The notes under the pieces: generated by a model
The model's input: the letters and a program-made list of their open reading frames with translations, nothing else
Databases searched by the model: none
What the model was told of the DNA's origin: nothing
In this document: positions 1 through 11,062 of the stretch, in pieces
Layout of the letters: the number at the start of each line of letters is the position of its first letter
How positions within the stretch are numbered: position 1 is the first letter of the stretch
Source: Bacteroidaceae bacterium
GTDB lineage: Bacteria > Bacteroidota > Bacteroidia > Bacteroidales > Bacteroidaceae
Assembly (NCBI GenBank): GCA_024697285.1
Contig: JAILFY010000225.1
Location: 1-59,762 of the forward strand
DNA: 59,762 bases
Direction: 5' to 3'
Translations under genes and position numbers: made by a program

Positions 1-570
1 TACATCCTGGAGGAACGTCAGCTGAATGTGACTCAGATGGATGTTTTCTCCCGTCTGATGATGGATCGCATCATTTTCCTCGGAACAGAGGTGAACGACT
101 ACACGTCCAACACCCTGCAAGCCCAGCTCCTTTACCTCGACAGCACCGACCCCGGAAAAGATATCAGCATCTACATCAACTCCCCTGGCGGCAGCGTCTA
201 TGCTGGTCTCGGCATCTACGACACCATGCAGTTTGTCAACTGTGACGTCCAGACCATCTGCACCGGAATGGCAGCGTCCATGGCTGCTGTGCTCCTCGTG
301 GCCGGTAAAGAGGGGAAAAGATGTGCACTTCCCCACAGCCGAGTAATGATTCACCAGCCTCTGGGTGGTGTCTCTGGCCAGGCTTCGGACATCGAGATAG
401 AGGCCCGTGAGATACAAAAACTCAAGAAGGAACTGTACCAGATCATTGCAGAGCACAGCCACACCGACTTCGACAAAGTGTGGGCTGACAGCGACCGCAA
501 CTACTGGATGACGGCCAACGAGGCCAAAGAGTACGGGATGATTGATCAGGTGTTGCAGCGCAAGGCATAA
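1..570 (+). CDS. clpP: ATP-dependent Clp protease proteolytic subunit ClpP, 5' end cut by the window edge
   Basis: Frame 1 is open from base 1 (YILEERQLNVTQMDVF...), so the track ORF 28..570 is only the in-window part. ClpP motifs are present: INSPGGSVYAG, the active-site Ser context TGMAASMAAVLL, and RVMIHQPLGG. clpX follows directly. Confidence 0.93.
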   Translation, partial: YILEERQLNVTQMDVFSRLMMDRIIFLGTEVNDYTSNTLQAQLLYLDSTDPGKDISIYINSPGGSVYAGLGIYDTMQFVNCDVQTICTGMAASMAAVLLVAGKEGKRCALPHSRVMIHQPLGGVSGQASDIEIEAREIQKLKKELYQIIAEHSHTDFDKVWADSDRNYWMTANEAKEYGMIDQVLQRKA

Positions 571-606
571 CGCACGCGTTCCTATTTTTAATAATAAGAA
601 TTATTC

Positions 607-1845
607 ATGGCGAGTAACACTCAACGCTGCTCATTCTGCGGTCGATCCAACGACGAGGTCGCAATGCTCATCACTGGAGAAACAGGAGCAATTTGCGATA
701 GTTGTCTGGAGCAGGCTTATGAAGTGATGCATCAGCATACAGAAAAGTACAGCCGCAAAAAAGGTGCCAACTTTGGAAAACTGAAGTTGGCCGACCTCCC
801 TCGTCCCGCCGATATTAAGAAATACTTAGATCAGTACGTCGTCGGACAGGATGACGCTAAACGCTACCTGAGCGTGGCAGTCTACAACCACTACAAGCGC
901 TTGTTGCAACCATCTACCAACGATGGTGTGGAAATCGAGAAAAGCAATATCGTTATGGTGGGTCCCACAGGCACTGGCAAGACCTTAATGGCACGCACCA
1001 TAGCCAAACTGCTGAAGGTGCCGTTTACCATCGTAGACGCCACAGTCTTCACGGAGGCTGGCTACGTGGGTGAAGACGTAGAGAGTATCCTCTCCCGACT
1101 TCTGCAAGTTTCGGACTACGACATTCCACTGGCCGAACGAGGTATCGTGTTTATCGACGAGATAGATAAGATAGCACGCAAGGCAGACAACCCCAGCATC
1201 ACCCGCGACGTCTCGGGCGAAGGAGTCCAACAGAGCCTCCTGAAACTGCTGGAAGGCACCATGGTTAACGTTCCACCCAAAGGCGGACGCAAGCACCCAG
1301 ATCAGGATTACGCCCACGTTGACACTAGCAACATCCTTTTTATCTGCGGAGGGGCCTTCGACGGTATCGAAAGAAAGATTGCACAACGACTGAACACCCA
1401 TGTGGTGGGATATAACTCAGTGGTCAACGCCACACACATCGACCGCAATGACTTGATGCGATACATACTGCCACAAGATTTGAAGTCCTTTGGCCTTATT
1501 CCGGAAATCATTGGACGTCTGCCTGTACTTACTCATCTGGACCAGTTGGACCGCAATACCCTTCGCAATATCCTGACCGAGCCCAAGAACTCACTCATCC
1601 GACAGCAACAGAAGCTTTTCAAAATGGATGGCATCGACCTGCAATTTGACGATGACGCTTTAGAATATATGGTGGACAAGGCTCTGGAATACAAACTGGG
1701 AGCACGAGGGCTGCGCAGCATCGTGGAAGCAATCATGATAAAACCTCAGTACGAACTACCATCGTCTGGAGTATCTGAGTTCCGCGTTACCAAAGAGTTC
1801 GCACAAGAACAATTAGAGAAGTCCAGCGTAAGACCTCTGAACTAA
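607..1845 (+). CDS. clpX: ATP-dependent Clp protease ATP-binding subunit ClpX
   Basis: N-terminal C4 zinc ribbon (CSFCGR...CDSC), Walker A GPTGTGKT, Walker [11 protein letters not shown]. Starts 36 nt after clpP. Confidence 0.95.
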   Translation: MASNTQRCSFCGRSNDEVAMLITGETGAICDSCLEQAYEVMHQHTEKYSRKKGANFGKLKLADLPRPADIKKYLDQYVVGQDDAKRYLSVAVYNHYKRLLQPSTNDGVEIEKSNIVMVGPTGTGKTLMARTIAKLLKVPFTIVDATVFTEAGYVGEDVESILSRLLQVSDYDIPLAERGIVFIDEIDKIARKADNPSITRDVSGEGVQQSLLKLLEGTMVNVPPKGGRKHPDQDYAHVDTSNILFICGGAFDGIERKIAQRLNTHVVGYNSVVNATHIDRNDLMRYILPQDLKSFGLIPEIIGRLPVLTHLDQLDRNTLRNILTEPKNSLIRQQQKLFKMDGIDLQFDDDALEYMVDKALEYKLGARGLRSIVEAIMIKPQYELPSSGVSEFRVTKEFAQEQLEKSSVRPLN

Positions 1846-1886
1846 AAGATCTTTTGTCCTGCTGAATCAAGCAGAATCACGTTTTT

Positions 1887-1930
1887 GCACTTCTCAACTC
1901 AAAAAATGATGTTGAGAAGTGCATTTTTAT
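1887..1930 (+). terminator. Rho-independent terminator after clpX
   Basis: A 12-bp perfect stem (gcacttctcaac / gttgagaagtgc, 1887-1898 and 1911-1922) is followed by atttttatt. Confidence 0.75.
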
Positions 1931-1949
1931 TGAAAAAACCAAGAGGAAA

Positions 1950-1982
1950 TTTGCAAAGTAGATGTTTTTTTGTATATCTTTG
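1950..1982 (+). promoter_or_regulatory. Bacteroides-type promoter for recQ (-33 TTTG, -7 TAtcTTTG)
   Basis: TTTG at 1950-1953 and TATCTTTG at 1975-1982 with a 21-nt spacer. The ATG is at 2003. Confidence 0.55.
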
Positions 1983-2002
1983 TAACGGATTAAAGAAAAT
2001 GC

Positions 2003-4177
2003 ATGAATAAGAATCAAGACCTGACCTCTCAACTGAAACATTATTTTGGCTTCGACACGTTTAAAGGCGACCAAGAAGCAATTATCCTCAACCTGCTGCA
2101 AGGGCACGACACTTTCGTACTTATGCCCACTGGTGGAGGCAAATCTCTTTGTTATCAGTTGCCTGCTCTACTCATGAATGGCACCGCCATCGTCATCTCG
2201 CCACTTATAGCGCTGATGAAGAACCAGGTGGACGCCATTCGTCAGGTCAGCGCCGACGATGGCATTGCGCACTTCATGAACTCCTCTTTGAACCGAACGG
2301 CCTTGGACCAAGTGAAATCTGATGTCATTTCCGGCAGGACAAAGTTGCTCTATGTAGCTCCCGAGTCTCTCACAAAAGAAGAGAATATCGACTTCCTGAA
2401 ACAAGTAAAGATATCCTTTTATGCAGTAGATGAAGCCCATTGCATCTCAGAATGGGGACATGATTTCCGACCGGAATATCGACGTATTCGTCCCATTGTG
2501 AGCGAGATAGGGACAGCACCCATAATAGCTCTTACGGCAACAGCCACCGACAAAGTGCGCGATGACATCAAGAAAAACCTGGGAATGCCAGATGCCGACG
2601 AGTTCCGAAGTTCCTTCAACCGACCCAACCTTTATTATGAGGTGCGGCCGAAGACAAAGGATATCGACAAGGATATCGTAAAATTCATCAAACAGAATGC
2701 AGGAAAAAGCGGCATCATCTACTGTCTCTCCCGTAAGAAAGTGGAGGAACTGGCAGAAGTTCTGAGAGCCAACGACATCAATGCCCGTGCCTACCACGCA
2801 GGTATGGACACACCGACTCGCACCCAGACACAGGATGATTTTGTCATGGACAAGATCAACGTCATCGTAGCAACCATCGCGTTTGGAATGGGCATAGACA
2901 AGCCCGACGTACGTTATGTCATTCATTATGACATCCCCAAAAGTCTGGAAGGCTATTATCAAGAGACGGGGCGCGCCGGACGCGATGGTGGAGAAGGCAA
3001 ATGTATCACCTTCTACACCTACAGAGATCTTCAGAAGTTGGAGAAATTCATGGAAGGCAAACCTGTGGCCGAACAAGATATTGGAAGACAGCTGCTTCAG
3101 GAGACAGCAGCTTATGCCGAGACTTCCGTTTGCAGACGCCGCGTACTCCTCCACTATTTCGGAGAGGAATATGAGGAAGAGAACTGCCACAACTGCGACA
3201 ACTGCCTGCATCCCAAGACTCTCATCGAAGCAAGAGAAGAGTTGAAGATGGCGCTGGAGGTTATCAGAGACACCAAAGAGAACTTCAAAGTCCCCCATAT
3301 CATCAACATCCTCACAGGCAACCCCACGGAGGAAGTCATATCACATATGCACGACGACCTGGAGTGCTTCGGGTGCGGTGATCAGAAGGATGCTCGCTAC
3401 TGGAATACCGTGCTTCGCCAAGCCCTGCTGAATGGCTACATTTTCAAGGAAGTGGAGAACTATGGTTTGCTGAAACTGACCGAACAGGGCCGCTCGTTCA
3501 TCAAGAAACCCACCTCTTTCAAGATTTCACTGGACAACGATTTCGAAAGCGATTATGTTGACACAGAGGCTGGTGGTACTGCCGCTCTCGACGAACAACT
3601 GCTCTCGATGCTGAAAAACCTTCGCAAGAAAGTATCCAAAGCCAAGAATATACCACCTTACGTCATCTTCCAAGACCAGAGTCTTGAAGCCATGGCCACT
3701 GTTTATCCCATAACCACCGAGGAACTGAAGAATATCCCAGGAGTGGGCGAAGGCAAAGCCAAACGCTATGGCAAAGAGTTCTGTGAACTCATCATGCGCC
3801 ACTGCGAAGAGAACGAGATAGAACGACCCGAAGACATGCGGGTGCGCACCGTCGTCAACAAGAGCAAGAACAAAGTGAGCATCATACAGAGCATCGACCG
3901 CAAGGTAGATCTGGAAATGTTGGCAAAGTCAAAAGGCCTGGACTTCGATGAGTTCCTCGACGAGCTGGACGCCATTGTCGACAGCGGCACAAAACTCGAC
4001 ATCAACTATTACCTCAATTCCATCATGGACTCCGATCAGATTGAGGATATATTTGAGTATTTCCGCGAAAGCGAGACCGACGACATCGACGACGCCCTGG
4101 ATGAGTTGGAAGACGACTACACGGAAGAACAGATACGCCTTGTACGCATAAAATTCATCAGCGAGCTAGGCAACTAA
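2003..4177 (+). CDS. recQ: ATP-dependent DNA helicase RecQ
   Basis: Walker A PTGGGKS, DEAH box VDEAHCISEWGHDFRPEY, RecQ Zn-binding Cys cluster (CRRRVLLHYF..CHNCDNC), C-terminal HRDC-like segment and an acidic tail. Confidence 0.93.
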   Translation: MNKNQDLTSQLKHYFGFDTFKGDQEAIILNLLQGHDTFVLMPTGGGKSLCYQLPALLMNGTAIVISPLIALMKNQVDAIRQVSADDGIAHFMNSSLNRTALDQVKSDVISGRTKLLYVAPESLTKEENIDFLKQVKISFYAVDEAHCISEWGHDFRPEYRRIRPIVSEIGTAPIIALTATATDKVRDDIKKNLGMPDADEFRSSFNRPNLYYEVRPKTKDIDKDIVKFIKQNAGKSGIIYCLSRKKVEELAEVLRANDINARAYHAGMDTPTRTQTQDDFVMDKINVIVATIAFGMGIDKPDVRYVIHYDIPKSLEGYYQETGRAGRDGGEGKCITFYTYRDLQKLEKFMEGKPVAEQDIGRQLLQETAAYAETSVCRRRVLLHYFGEEYEEENCHNCDNCLHPKTLIEAREELKMALEVIRDTKENFKVPHIINILTGNPTEEVISHMHDDLECFGCGDQKDARYWNTVLRQALLNGYIFKEVENYGLLKLTEQGRSFIKKPTSFKISLDNDFESDYVDTEAGGTAALDEQLLSMLKNLRKKVSKAKNIPPYVIFQDQSLEAMATVYPITTEELKNIPGVGEGKAKRYGKEFCELIMRHCEENEIERPEDMRVRTVVNKSKNKVSIIQSIDRKVDLEMLAKSKGLDFDEFLDELDAIVDSGTKLDINYYLNSIMDSDQIEDIFEYFRESETDDIDDALDELEDDYTEEQIRLVRIKFISELGN

Positions 4178-4197
4178 AGTCGTTAGAAACCCTTTTG

Positions 4198-4232
4198 AAG
4201 GCACGGATTCAACAAGAATCCGTGCCTTTAAC
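4198..4232 (+). terminator. Hairpin terminator after recQ
   Basis: A 13-bp perfect stem (aaggcacggattc / gaatccgtgcctt) with an aacaa loop. The downstream T-run is weak (ttaac). Confidence 0.55.
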
Positions 4233-4251
4233 ATAAAATCACGTACTCTTC

Positions 4252-4283
4252 TTTGGCAAATTCAGAGAAAAGCACTAATTTTG
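4252..4283 (+). promoter_or_regulatory. Bacteroides-type promoter for guaB (-33 TTTG, -7 TAatTTTG)
   Basis: TTTG at 4252-4255 and TAATTTTG at 4276-4283 with a 20-nt spacer. The ATG is at 4312. Confidence 0.55.
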
Positions 4284-4293
4284 CACGCAATAA

Positions 4294-5790
<1,497 letters not shown>

Positions 5791-5851
5791 TATGACTAAA
5801 ACAATAACGAGAACACAAACGACAGTCTTTGCAAATCGGACAATCAAGACG

Positions 5852-7288
5852 ATGAAACGACCTTTCTACATTCTATCCCTACTCCTCGGTGTCTTCTGTT
5901 CCAGCCTCTCGGCTCAGGAGGATGACCCTGTGGTAATGCGCATCAATGGAAAAGATGTCTTGCGCAGCGAGTTCGAATATAACTTCAACAAGAACAATAC
6001 CGATGGTGTTATCGACAAGAAGTCGGTGGAAGAATACACAGAGCTCTTCATCAACTACAAGTTGAAAGTTGAAGCAGCCCTCGACGCTCATTTCGACACG
6101 CTGACCAGTTATCAGAAAGAGTTCCGCACCTACCGGGACCAGCAAATTCGCCCCCTGCTGGTAACGCCAGAGGCCGAAGAAGCCGAAGTGCGTGCCTACT
6201 ACGACAACATGCTGCAGCAACTCGAAGGCAAGGAGTTGATACAACCCGCTCACATCTTCGTACGTGAAGTGCAACAGTCCACGGCCGAACAACAGGGAGC
6301 CGCCAAAGCCCGCATCGACAGCATCAACGGACTGATTACACGTGGTGACGACTTCGCAGTGGTTGCTGCTCAGTGTTCCGAGGATCCCGGCACGGCCCAA
6401 CGCGGAGGAATCATTGGATGGATAGGTCCCCACCAACTCCTGAAGGAGTTAGAAGATGCAGCCTACGCCTTGCAAGTTGGCGAGGTCAGCGCACCCATAC
6501 ACTCTACCGTCGGATGGCATATCATCAAGTTGATGGACAGCAAGCCACTGGAGCCCTACGACACCCTGGCTCCCCGTATCCTTCAGTTTCTGGAAGCACG
6601 AGGTATGAAAGACAAGGTAGCCGGCGCTATCGTCGACAGTCTGTCACGCGCCAGCAATGGCCAGAAGACAGTGGAACAAGTTCTCGATGAAGAGGCAGAA
6701 CGTCTTTCTGCTCAGGACAATGAACTGAAATATCTCATTCAGGAATATCACGACGGATTACTCCTCTTCGAGATTTGCCAGCGTCAGGTCTGGGAACCTG
6801 CTGCCAAGGACACCGCAGCACTGATAAGCTATTTCAAGGAGAACAAGAAAGCATATTCCTTCGACAAGCCCCATTTCACAGGAGCCCTGCTTCAAGCTCA
6901 ATCTCGCGCAATTCTGAAACAGGTACGTAAAGCCCTGAAGAAAGAAAAAGACGAGAATCGCTGGGCCGATATCGTGAAGACCCAGTTCAACAAGGATTCC
7001 ATACAAGTGCGTTTCGAGCGCCGTATGTTCGTTCAGGGCGACAACCCCCTCGTTGATTCTCTGGCGTTCAAGGTACGCGAAGGCAAGACACGCCTCAACG
7101 CACATTATCCTTCCGTGGCAGTAGTAGGCCGCAAACTCAAGAAAGGTCCCAAATACTGGTACGACGTAAGCGCACAAGTTGTCACGGATTATCAGGCTGT
7201 GAAAGAGCGCGAATTTGTGGAAGGACTGCGTAAGCGCTACTCTGTAGAGCTTTTCCATGAAGCCCTGGCCACCGTTAACAACCACTAA
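5852..7288 (+). CDS. Secreted parvulin-type peptidyl-prolyl isomerase (PpiC/SurA-like)
   Basis: A signal peptide (MKRPFYILSLLLGVFCSSLSAQ) starts at ATG 5852. The ORF part upstream of it overlaps guaB and is probably not translated. Parvulin motif GGIIGWIGPHQL...STVGWHIIKL. Confidence 0.82.
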   Translation: MKRPFYILSLLLGVFCSSLSAQEDDPVVMRINGKDVLRSEFEYNFNKNNTDGVIDKKSVEEYTELFINYKLKVEAALDAHFDTLTSYQKEFRTYRDQQIRPLLVTPEAEEAEVRAYYDNMLQQLEGKELIQPAHIFVREVQQSTAEQQGAAKARIDSINGLITRGDDFAVVAAQCSEDPGTAQRGGIIGWIGPHQLLKELEDAAYALQVGEVSAPIHSTVGWHIIKLMDSKPLEPYDTLAPRILQFLEARGMKDKVAGAIVDSLSRASNGQKTVEQVLDEEAERLSAQDNELKYLIQEYHDGLLLFEICQRQVWEPAAKDTAALISYFKENKKAYSFDKPHFTGALLQAQSRAILKQVRKALKKEKDENRWADIVKTQFNKDSIQVRFERRMFVQGDNPLVDSLAFKVREGKTRLNAHYPSVAVVGRKLKKGPKYWYDVSAQVVTDYQAVKEREFVEGLRKRYSVELFHEALATVNNH

Positions 7289-7290
7289 GC

Positions 7291-8649
7291 ATGAAGCAGT
7301 TACTCATCATCTTTCTTTCTATTCTGCCACTTGCCGCCTTTGCGCAACTCAACAATGCCATCGACGAGGTGGTGTGGATTGTTGGCGACGAAGCGATCTT
7401 CCGCAGCGACGTGGAGAAAGCACGTCAGCAGATGCAGCGTGTCAGTGGAAACCCCTATTGCACAATACCCGAGAACCTGGCCCTGCAGAAACTGTTCCTG
7501 CACCAGGCGAAGATAGACTCCATAGATGTTCCCGACGAAACCGTGAACCGCTATGTAGAGATGTATATCAACGAATGGGTACAAACCGCAGGTTCCAGAG
7601 AGAAACTGGAGGAGTATCGTGGGATGACCATGACCCAGATACGCGAAGAGACATATAATATGGTACGCGACAACCAACTGATGGCCGAGGTGCGCAAGGA
7701 ACTGACAAAAGATATCAAGGTGACACCCGCCGAGGTGCGCCATTTCTTCAAAGATATCCCCGCCGACTCCCTGCCGCTCATCGCCACTCAGGTGGAAGTG
7801 GAGTTGTTGGCCGAGCACCCTAAGGTACGTCAAGAAGAGATAGACCGTGTAAAAGGACTCCTCCGCGAATACACCGAGCGCATCAACTCCGGCGAATCCA
7901 CTTTCTCCATGTTGGCTCGTTTCTACAGCGACGATCCAGGTTCTGCCAAGCAAGGTGGCGAAATGGACTACATGAGTAAGATGGAACTGGACCCCGCTTT
8001 CGCCAATGTAGCCTGGAGCCTCACAGATCCCAGCAAGGTCTCCAAAATCGTGGAGTCACAGTTCGGATATCATATCATACAACTTATCGACAAGCGCGGC
8101 GACAAGCTGAAACTGCGCCACATCCTCAAGCGGGTGCACGTGGAGGAAGACGACATTCAGGCAGGCCTGCTTCGTCTGGACTCCATCATCATGGATGTCA
8201 AGGACGGCAAGTTCACCTTCGAAGATGCAGCCAGTATTCTCTCCGACGACAAGGACTCCCGAAACAATCGCGGTCTGATGTTCAATGTCACCGAGGACCC
8301 CGCCACCGGCGAACGCATCCGCACGTCCCGTTTCAAGATGGCCGACCTCCCCACAGAGATTGCACGCGTTGTAGAAAACATGGAAGTAGGCGACATCTCC
8401 GCTCCGTTCCAGATGCTCGACAAGAACGGCAAAGTACAGTGTGCCGTGATCAAGTTGAAGAGCCGCATCCCCGCCCACACCGCCACCATCACAGAGGACT
8501 TTCAGATTCTGCGACAAATCGTACAGAATCGTCGCTCCGAGGAATTCATCGACAAATGGATTCGAGAGAAACAACGCAGCACCTACGTACGCATCAACCC
8601 CGAATGGCAACAATGTGAGTTCCAGTATCCTGGCTGGGTAAAAGACTAA
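7291..8649 (+). CDS. Secreted SurA-like peptidyl-prolyl isomerase
   Basis: Signal peptide MKQLLIIFLSILPLAAFAQ and parvulin motif GGEMDYMSK...SQFGYHIIQL. Starts 3 nt after the previous stop. Confidence 0.82.
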   Translation: MKQLLIIFLSILPLAAFAQLNNAIDEVVWIVGDEAIFRSDVEKARQQMQRVSGNPYCTIPENLALQKLFLHQAKIDSIDVPDETVNRYVEMYINEWVQTAGSREKLEEYRGMTMTQIREETYNMVRDNQLMAEVRKELTKDIKVTPAEVRHFFKDIPADSLPLIATQVEVELLAEHPKVRQEEIDRVKGLLREYTERINSGESTFSMLARFYSDDPGSAKQGGEMDYMSKMELDPAFANVAWSLTDPSKVSKIVESQFGYHIIQLIDKRGDKLKLRHILKRVHVEEDDIQAGLLRLDSIIMDVKDGKFTFEDAASILSDDKDSRNNRGLMFNVTEDPATGERIRTSRFKMADLPTEIARVVENMEVGDISAPFQMLDKNGKVQCAVIKLKSRIPAHTATITEDFQILRQIVQNRRSEEFIDKWIREKQRSTYVRINPEWQQCEFQYPGWVKD

Positions 8650-8692
8650 GGGCCTACGCCCTGTCCCACCCTTCCGCGGTAGTCGTAGTCAC

Positions 8693-10603
8693 ATGATTCA
8701 TAATCTATTGAAAGCAAGATTTCCTTTTATACTTCTGTTCCTCATCACAGCCTTGTGCACCTTGGCTAGTGTGGCGCCCAACTCTTCACCAGATGGGCAG
8801 AGGAGCACTACGACCTCCAAGAAGTCCCGGAAAAAGGGCACGTTGATTCATCTGCTTCACTCCGACGAACTCTACTTCAACCAACAAGTGAACCGCGAGG
8901 CACAGATTTTGGTTGGTAACGTCCGTTTTCGTCACGACGACATCATCCTCACCTGCGACAGCGCCCTCTTCTACCAGCAGTCCAACTCTTTCGATGCTTT
9001 TGGGCATGTCCGTATGAACCAAGGCGATACGCTGACACTGGTTTCAGACGTCCTTTTCTACGACGGAACAGAACAGCTGGCACGTGCTCGCCACAACGTG
9101 GTGCTCACCCACAACCAGACACATCTCTATTGCGACTCATTAGACTACGACCGGCTCTATGAGCTTGGTTATTTTTTCAATGGTGGTCGTATGGTTGATG
9201 GCGAGAACACCCTCGAAAGCGAATGGGGGCAGTACAGCCCTCCAACCCACGAGGCGATCTTTAACTACAACGTGGATCTCAAGACACCCGAGAGTACCTT
9301 GCTATCAGACACCCTCCACTACAACACCGAATCGGGATGGGCCCGTATAGTAGGACCCTCGAACATCGACAATGGCGACAATCATATCTACAGCGAGAAC
9401 GGCCGCTATGACACTAAAGGCGAACGCGTCTACCTGCTCAATCGATCCATCGTCAGCAATAAAGGTGTCAGCATTGAAGGCGACTCCCTGTACTATCAGT
9501 CAGACAGCACCCTGGCTAAAGCCTATGGACGTGTCGTCTACATCGACCGCGACAACCACAATGAGCTTCGTGGCAACTACCTGCTCTACAGCGATTCTCT
9601 GGGTTACGCCGAAGCCTCGGACAGTGCAGTATGTATCGACTACTCGCAGCGCGACACCTTTTATATACATGCCGACACCTTCAAGCTCTTCACCTTCTAT
9701 ATAGAGCACGACAGCATCTGCGAAGACTCCATTGCAACAATCTCACAAGCAGCCGTCAGTCCCTCCTCACCTGCATTGGCACCTTCGGATTCCCTCCTTC
9801 GTCTTCCTGCAACGACTGCGTCTATTGCTCCCCAGACCGACTCCCTGCAGTGGTCCACAGACACAACAGCCACCGCCTCTCTGAAGACCCCTGCGGACTC
9901 CGTTCAGGTGGATTCCGTCTGGCGCGAGATTCGCGCTTACTACCACGTCCGGGCCTACCGACGTGATGTACAAGCAATTTGTGACTCCATGGTCTTCATC
10001 TCCAAGGACTCGTGCATGACCATGTACAAAGACCCCATACTCTGGCAAGAAGGGCAGCAACTCCTGGGCGAGGAGATCAAAGCCTGGGTGAACGACTCCA
10101 CGATAGACAGCACTCATGTCCTACGCCAAGCTCTCTCGGTCGAACGCATAGACTCTATGTGCTACAACCAAGTCTCCGGCAATGTCATGCGCAGCTACTT
10201 CGCCAACGGGCAGATGGACAAGACGATTGTAGAAGGCAACGTCCTCGTCAACTACTATCCCTTTGACTCCGATAGTCTTATGATAGGACTGCTGCATGCC
10301 GAAGGGACACTGTTGCATCTGTATATGGGCGAGAAGAAACTCGACCAGATCAAGTTCCTCGGGCAAGTGGATGGCTGTCTTCATCCGTTGGCACTGGTGA
10401 CCCCCACCGTTCGCTACCTCGAGAACTTTCATTGGTTCGACTATATCCGCCCCCAGGACAAAGATGACATCTTCAACTGGCGTCCTAAGAAAGACGAAGA
10501 GAAACTGAAGACATCCATTCGACATACCCGGACGAAGACCACCCTGCCATCGAAAGGTGGCAACACCTCCGGAAAGAAAATGCAAGGACTTCGTACACAA
10601 TGA
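8693..10603 (+). CDS. OstA/LptD-N-like domain protein
   Basis: N-terminal hydrophobic anchor, OstA-like repeated beta segments (GNVRFRHDDIILTCDSALFYQQSN..GHVRMNQGDTL; EGNVLVNYYP), and a Ser/Pro/Thr-rich linker. The family call is from memory only. Confidence 0.6.
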   Translation: MIHNLLKARFPFILLFLITALCTLASVAPNSSPDGQRSTTTSKKSRKKGTLIHLLHSDELYFNQQVNREAQILVGNVRFRHDDIILTCDSALFYQQSNSFDAFGHVRMNQGDTLTLVSDVLFYDGTEQLARARHNVVLTHNQTHLYCDSLDYDRLYELGYFFNGGRMVDGENTLESEWGQYSPPTHEAIFNYNVDLKTPESTLLSDTLHYNTESGWARIVGPSNIDNGDNHIYSENGRYDTKGERVYLLNRSIVSNKGVSIEGDSLYYQSDSTLAKAYGRVVYIDRDNHNELRGNYLLYSDSLGYAEASDSAVCIDYSQRDTFYIHADTFKLFTFYIEHDSICEDSIATISQAAVSPSSPALAPSDSLLRLPATTASIAPQTDSLQWSTDTTATASLKTPADSVQVDSVWREIRAYYHVRAYRRDVQAICDSMVFISKDSCMTMYKDPILWQEGQQLLGEEIKAWVNDSTIDSTHVLRQALSVERIDSMCYNQVSGNVMRSYFANGQMDKTIVEGNVLVNYYPFDSDSLMIGLLHAEGTLLHLYMGEKKLDQIKFLGQVDGCLHPLALVTPTVRYLENFHWFDYIRPQDKDDIFNWRPKKDEEKLKTSIRHTRTKTTLPSKGGNTSGKKMQGLRTQ

Positions 10604-10700
10604 GCCACCCACAGCAACACCACAGAACAACCACTGCCAACTTATAGTTCACATTACATAAAAGACTCTTACATCATCTCCCTCAAACGAATACACACTC

Positions 10701-10997
10701 ATGGCACTCTTTTCCACTCGCAGTCCCCGCCGGTTTCGCGGCGTACACATCTACACTTCCGAGCGTAAGGACAAACTCGACCGTCTTGTTGCCGAGGCCA
10801 AACGTGAGGAACAAATCGCTCAAGGCGAGACACCAGAATATCGTCCCGACATAGAATCCTATCGCGGCAAGTTTGCCCAGAATCTCCACAAAGTAGACCC
10901 CAACCGCAAGCGCCTCCACCCGGGAGTGGCCATCGCCATCATCGTCGTATTGTTGATTCTATGGCACTACTTGATGACAGGGTCTTTCCGTTTCTGA
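10701..10997 (+). CDS. Small tail-anchored membrane protein, hypothetical
   Basis: 98 aa with a basic N-terminus and a single C-terminal TM segment (VAIAIIVVLLILWHYL). I recognise no family. Confidence 0.4.
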   Translation: MALFSTRSPRRFRGVHIYTSERKDKLDRLVAEAKREEQIAQGETPEYRPDIESYRGKFAQNLHKVDPNRKRLHPGVAIAIIVVLLILWHYLMTGSFRF

Positions 10998-11062
10998 CAC
11001 ACACTCGTGTCTCCATTTCCCTGTCTCATCGCATAGCTAACCCTTTCAACCCCTACAGATAT